A DNA stretch of 64,000 bases. Source: Ophelia neglecta. Its lineage: Eukaryota. The notes beneath the pieces were generated by a model. That model saw nothing but the letters and a program-made list of their open reading frames with translations. It was not told the origin of the DNA and made no database searches. The DNA lies in contig OZ260661.1 in NCBI GenBank assembly GCA_965285935.1, positions 60,822,001-60,886,000 of the forward strand, given 5' to 3'. Positions 52,739-64,000 of this stretch are shown piece by piece (within the stretch, counting starts at the first letter, position 1; every line of letters starts with the position of its first letter). A program made the position numbers and the translations under genes.

Positions 52739-53176
52739 TTTATTGTAAAGAATCATTAGTTGAATAATTAGGTCAAGAACTACAATATATCTTAGACATA
52801 TACACACCCGGCAGTAATCCCAATTGTCTATCTTCAAACCATACAGTTATGAAAACCGTTTGAAAACAAACAATTGTGATTTCAACATTTTTATTATTCG
52901 TTTAAACGGAGTGGAAACAAAAACGCTAAAGACCGTCATATCAGTCAGACACATCCTGAAACTTTGTATTGCACTGAGTCTTTGCAAACTTGCACCCGAT
53001 GGGTTTAGCAATTCATAGGAGATTGTCTGTCAAACTCCTTTGCTGCATTGCTGCCCCAACAGGGTGTTACCTTTGCTATGTCTGTACACCAACACGAGTA
53101 TACACAAGTATATACGTGAGCATTGTACAACTTTGTGACCCGCGTTGTAGGAACATAACTTGAATCTCACGGACGA
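52739..53176 (-). other. Probable proximal Lox4 3' UTR with candidate poly(A) signals
   Basis: Minus-strand AATAAA at 52890-52895 and 52739-52744, downstream of the stop codon. The true 3' end is unknown. Confidence 0.4.
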
Positions 53177-59885
<6,709 letters not shown>

Positions 59886-60330
59886 CTACTACACCCATCC
59901 AAGGGTAGAAAGGAATAGACTGGGCTCCCGCGGTGAAGCTTGAGTGAGCTGACGAGGAATTGAGAGGAGAGTTTTCAGCGCACGTTGTGGCTGTCTGTGT
60001 AAAGTCCGTAGGAGATTGTTGAGAAGCCTGTAAACTCCAGTTATGTGGAGAGTTTATATGAGTCTGACCATCAGAATAGCCGTTGAGTTCGGCGGGTCCT
60101 CTTCCACAAGGGTGGCCGACTTCGGCCGTCCCGTTAGGCCCCGCGTGGTGACCGGGGCTGGTCGATCCGTATGGCCCTGACATGGACCCATTGCCACACA
60201 AGTATCCCTGGCCACTACTCTGGTCATAACGTCCAGAAAGTCCACCAAAATTACACGCCAAACCATTGTTTGGAGACTGAGGGTCTCCTTGAAGTGAGGA
60301 AAGGAACGGGTTCGGAAAATAGGTGTTCAT
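59886..60330 (-). CDS. Lox4: Hox protein Lox4, coding exon 1 (N-terminus to FYPWM hexapeptide)
   Basis: ATG at 60330 gives MNTYFPNPFL, the Hox N-terminal MSSYF/MNSYF-type motif. It is followed by a G/S/P-rich region and ends IPFYPWMGVV-G. A phase-1 donor AG|GTTGGT follows position 59886 and joins in frame to the homeobox exon. Confidence 0.93.
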
Positions 60331-60600
60331 TTTTTACACATCCATCATTCCCTACCACACAAGATATACCCGCAAGTAATGATTTGTGGTTGTTGGGCTG
60401 ATCTGACGACGAATAGAGTACTTGGCCATCTTGCGGTGATGTCACAGAGGCGAGCCAATCAGCGCACAGATCACAGAGCAGTGCGTGTGGAGCCGCTGTG
60501 GCCTGGAGAGCACATTGTAACTGTCCGCCTCGGCCGGACTATATGCCTCAACTACGTGGCAACTCCGTACGCCTGCAACCCCTCCCCTTAACTTGCACAC
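60331..60600 (-). promoter_or_regulatory. Lox4 proximal promoter / 5' leader
   Basis: GC/CpG-rich stretch directly upstream of the ATG, with a CCAAT box (AGCCAATCA near 60453) and a YY1-type CAAGATGGC (about 60425-60433). The TSS cannot be determined from sequence. Confidence 0.55.
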
Positions 60601-62664
60601 AAGCCAGATTTTGTTAGCTCACCACGCTTAAATCCCAAATCTCATGCTAATTCAGCCCCAATGCTGAATTTAAAATGCATCACGCAGCCAATAGCCGGTG
60701 CCAGGGAACTATTTTCCCGCTCAACTCCCCAGGTCAGCCACGCATCCTAAGATTTAGAACGCGTAAACGAAATATTTATTGCTTGACAGTGACGGCTACC
60801 TTTGATGAAGTTTGGCCAGGCTCCATGGGTCCATCAGACAATGTACTTGCTCATAGGGTGGTGGAGTCCCCAGCCGTAAGCTGTCTTGTTTCTACCAGTG
60901 AGCGCGATTCCACCTTGTTCCACAGCAGCAAGCACGTTTTGCAGCCGACAACTTGGTAAACACAGCCCCAGCAGCCCCACGTGTTCGCAGCTTCTCCAGG
61001 CAGGCTTTATATTATGACGATGTTATTGGCGCTTGGCAGCTCTTCAGTGGATCATATTGGGGCCCATTTAATACCAGCCACGGCATTTGGTGGCGAGATA
61101 AGGGTTGAATCCCTCTCCGGTGTTATGGTGGTATGCTCTGATAATGACACGGGGTACCAAACTAAGCCTAAAGGAGAGATAACAATGCACCTTTCAAGTG
61201 TATCGAAGCACCTTGGTCACAATGGTTAACCTGTGTGCTTTGGATAACGCCCACATGTAGGATTCCCGTCCGTCTGCTCTGACCGGCGCCTCCTTAGAAT
61301 CAAGCCTTTTATACACATCTACTCCCGAGCCCGGGCGATTCGCACGATTAGATCACGTATTTTGTTTCACTTGTCTTGGGAATAGTTGCCTTTTTGCGTC
61401 TGTCGCCTGCCAATGTTGTTGAGCGGCACACATGCTGCTCAAGTTCTGTCAACTTATTCTTTCTCAATAATTATACCAGTTTGGTGTAGTTATCTTTGAT
61501 GCTTAAAGTGAAAAAATGTTGTTGTTCTTTTAATAATTTAAAACAATAATCACCCAGGATTTTTTCAATTGTCTTCTTGTTCTGACATAAGTTAAACATA
61601 AGAGGCTACTCTCAAATGTGATTTCTTTAATGAAATTACTGGTCAATTGCACCATCGTCTCGATCCACTGCACAACCACTGAAGCGTAAACAGACACTCC
61701 ATCAAACAAGTTTAAGTGATTTTAAATAAACGAATACTTGCTTGCTGTTGCAAAAACGTTATCTTTTAAAACTTGAAAATACAAAACTAGCCTCTTAGTT
61801 TAGTCTTGTTTAGGCACACTAATTTAGCTAGTCTGGTTTGATGGGTTTTATAGACGTTAAAGTTTTGCTCAATGCGGTAGTCCATTTAACTTTTTATTGG
61901 ACATGCAGGAACTAATTTATCTGGTAGAAAATGGACAAAAACCAATCAATTGATAAACTTGAGAAGTCTTATTGGAATAAGTTGACACTGGAAAAAACGT
62001 ACTACATTAAACTTTGTGGAATCAAAAAAGTGTAGTCAGTCACAAGACGGTTTGAGCATTTTTATAAAACGAAGTTGATTGTGTTAATTTTTCATAAATT
62101 ATTATCATCATCCAGGCCGATATCTTGACAGAAAAAAAGTATGTTGATGCGACCGAAATTCCAAATTTTTGAATTCATACGTTCGTTCATTTCGTTTATT
62201 TTTTAATGACAGTTTGTATAGGAAAATGAAGAAGGTGACTTTCTGTTTATATTCCTCCAGAGCCCAGCAGACTTGAGACTGTAGCACACACAAATTGGCT
62301 GACTCTCTCTCTCCGCACACTGTAAAGCGCTCCCTGTTTTATTCAGTGTGTACTTGGTATTAGCCATGACAGGTCCAGTCTGCATGAAGCCAAGTAAATT
62401 GGCCCATTCACCGGAATATTATATACATTATTGACTTCGCGGATGCTGAAATAGACTGATCCGGACATTTTCTGTTATAGCATTCAGCGAACGATTCCAC
62501 GTGCTTGTTAATGATTTTAACACTCAAACACAAAAGGCACGCTCGTTTTTTTTGTCACTCAAAGACAAATTCTCTTGGAAAGGTGTCTGCATTCGCTACC
62601 ATGCGTTAATCTACAAGTTTGATAATATAATCATAATGCGATAGTTTTGGCAATATGCTCCCAG

Positions 62665-63572
62665 TTTATGGTTCTATGATTCGACAACCAATTAAGAGTC
62701 GATAAAAAGGCCACCTTTGTCCCGATGTTAGCGCTATCTGATCCCGCTGTGTCCCAGTGCGGGCGGGGGCAAAACTGGTGACATGGCCCCCGGAATGGAT
62801 CTCACCGCGTCTTGTTGGCATTAAATTTACGATATGAGGGCGTGTTGAATTTGTCATAAAATTAAGCTTCATATTCCAGATCGTGTGTCAGGGCAGCAAT
62901 AGGGCGATAAATCAGGAGAGATGAATCTGGGATTAACAGGTTTCTGTTTACCCGCCGTCGACTAGCAGTGGACTTGTATTTCCCTGTTGTATTCGGACCG
63001 TCAATGACCAATTGACCAGGCCCTTTGTGCTTGATCCTCGATTGAGGTGCCACCCCAGTTTTTCCATGGTTTACGATGTAAAGTTTCATCACAGTTGTCC
63101 ACCTAGGCTTGCTTTTGTCAACGGGTTTTTAGGTTTTATTCCTGGGCGTGCCTCATGGCAATTTATCAAAACTGAAAACTATATAACATCCCAGGAATTG
63201 TCCCCCACGTGACTGCAAAGGAAATGAAATATTTGCTTAGCTTGGACATTGAAAGTTGTTGCTTTATTTCTAAAGCACATGGTGTCAGCATGAAATATTT
63301 ACGAGGTTTAATGCCACACCTGGTCTAATAACTACTGGACAGAGGGCCAGCCTCATGTGGAGTGACCATATTCAAACAGACAAAGACTTTGAACATTTCA
63401 AATACAAATTTAAAATTCCTTATTTTAGCTGATATAGAAGCGCAACACGCAACTCCTGTCGTAAATCTTCAACCACTTAAATATACCCATCGTGCTTACC
63501 AGCGTACATCATCGAAGACAATGCTGGTAAAGAAATTTCGTTAGTTGCAATGAAATTGGTTTGATTTTATGG
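62665..63572. promoter_or_regulatory. Candidate Cdx/posterior-Hox-responsive enhancer upstream of Lox4
   Basis: Seven TTTAYGR sites within about 900 bp (62665, 62826, 62854 rc, 63070, 63298, 63459 rc, 63566). Confidence 0.45.
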
Positions 63573-64000
63573 GGGCTCCATGCGACTGTTTGAACTGTGG
63601 TGAACGCTGGCCTTACACACTGAGTCTGTCTAGCCTCTAGGTTAATGTCAGCCGGCCAGGTTCTGCTATCGTATTTCCACAACTAGCTCGAATGATGGAC
63701 TCGAGGGAACTTGTTTGGTCACGGGCTTCATCGTGGTGGTGTTAGGATCACCGATAGGACCACAGTGGTAAAAACCAAAATAGAAGCTAGGCCATCCATC
63801 AATTTAGCCCGCAAAGTATTGGCTCCAGTTCAGAAAATTATATTTTATTTCACAACAAACCAAAGTATTAACATCAAGCCAGCGACCTCAACACTTTCTC
63901 GCTCTCCGTCCCCTACTATATCCCTTGGCTAGAAGCCTAGGCACTGGTGCTAGGAATCTCGATTAGAACTACCCACGTGCAAGCTATGATCATATCTCTT

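Overview
AT-rich animal genomic DNA from a lophotrochozoan (spiralian) Hox cluster. The only well-supported gene is a two-exon central-class Hox gene on the minus strand, Lox4: exon 1 CDS 60330-59886, exon 2 CDS 53463-53177, 243 aa, with an MNTYF N-terminus, FYPWM hexapeptide, homeodomain and UbdA-type QQIKDLNE peptide. Its 6.4 kb intron holds a 35-bp minisatellite. The ~53 kb downstream (1-53 kb) has no other homeobox that I could see. It contains regulatory-looking non-coding DNA, a ~200-N assembly gap, simple repeats, a few decayed retroelement fragments, and a ~12 kb foreign-looking block (36.8-48.9 kb). That block consists of decayed ORFs, including at least four diverged paralogous units, between a 22-bp and a 58-bp tandem array. 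The most striking unexplained signal is the 10-mer GCAGACGACA, found at least nine times on both strands with unrelated flanks and not seen in the foreign block. Most entries in the supplied ORF track look spurious. All counts and alignments were made by eye.
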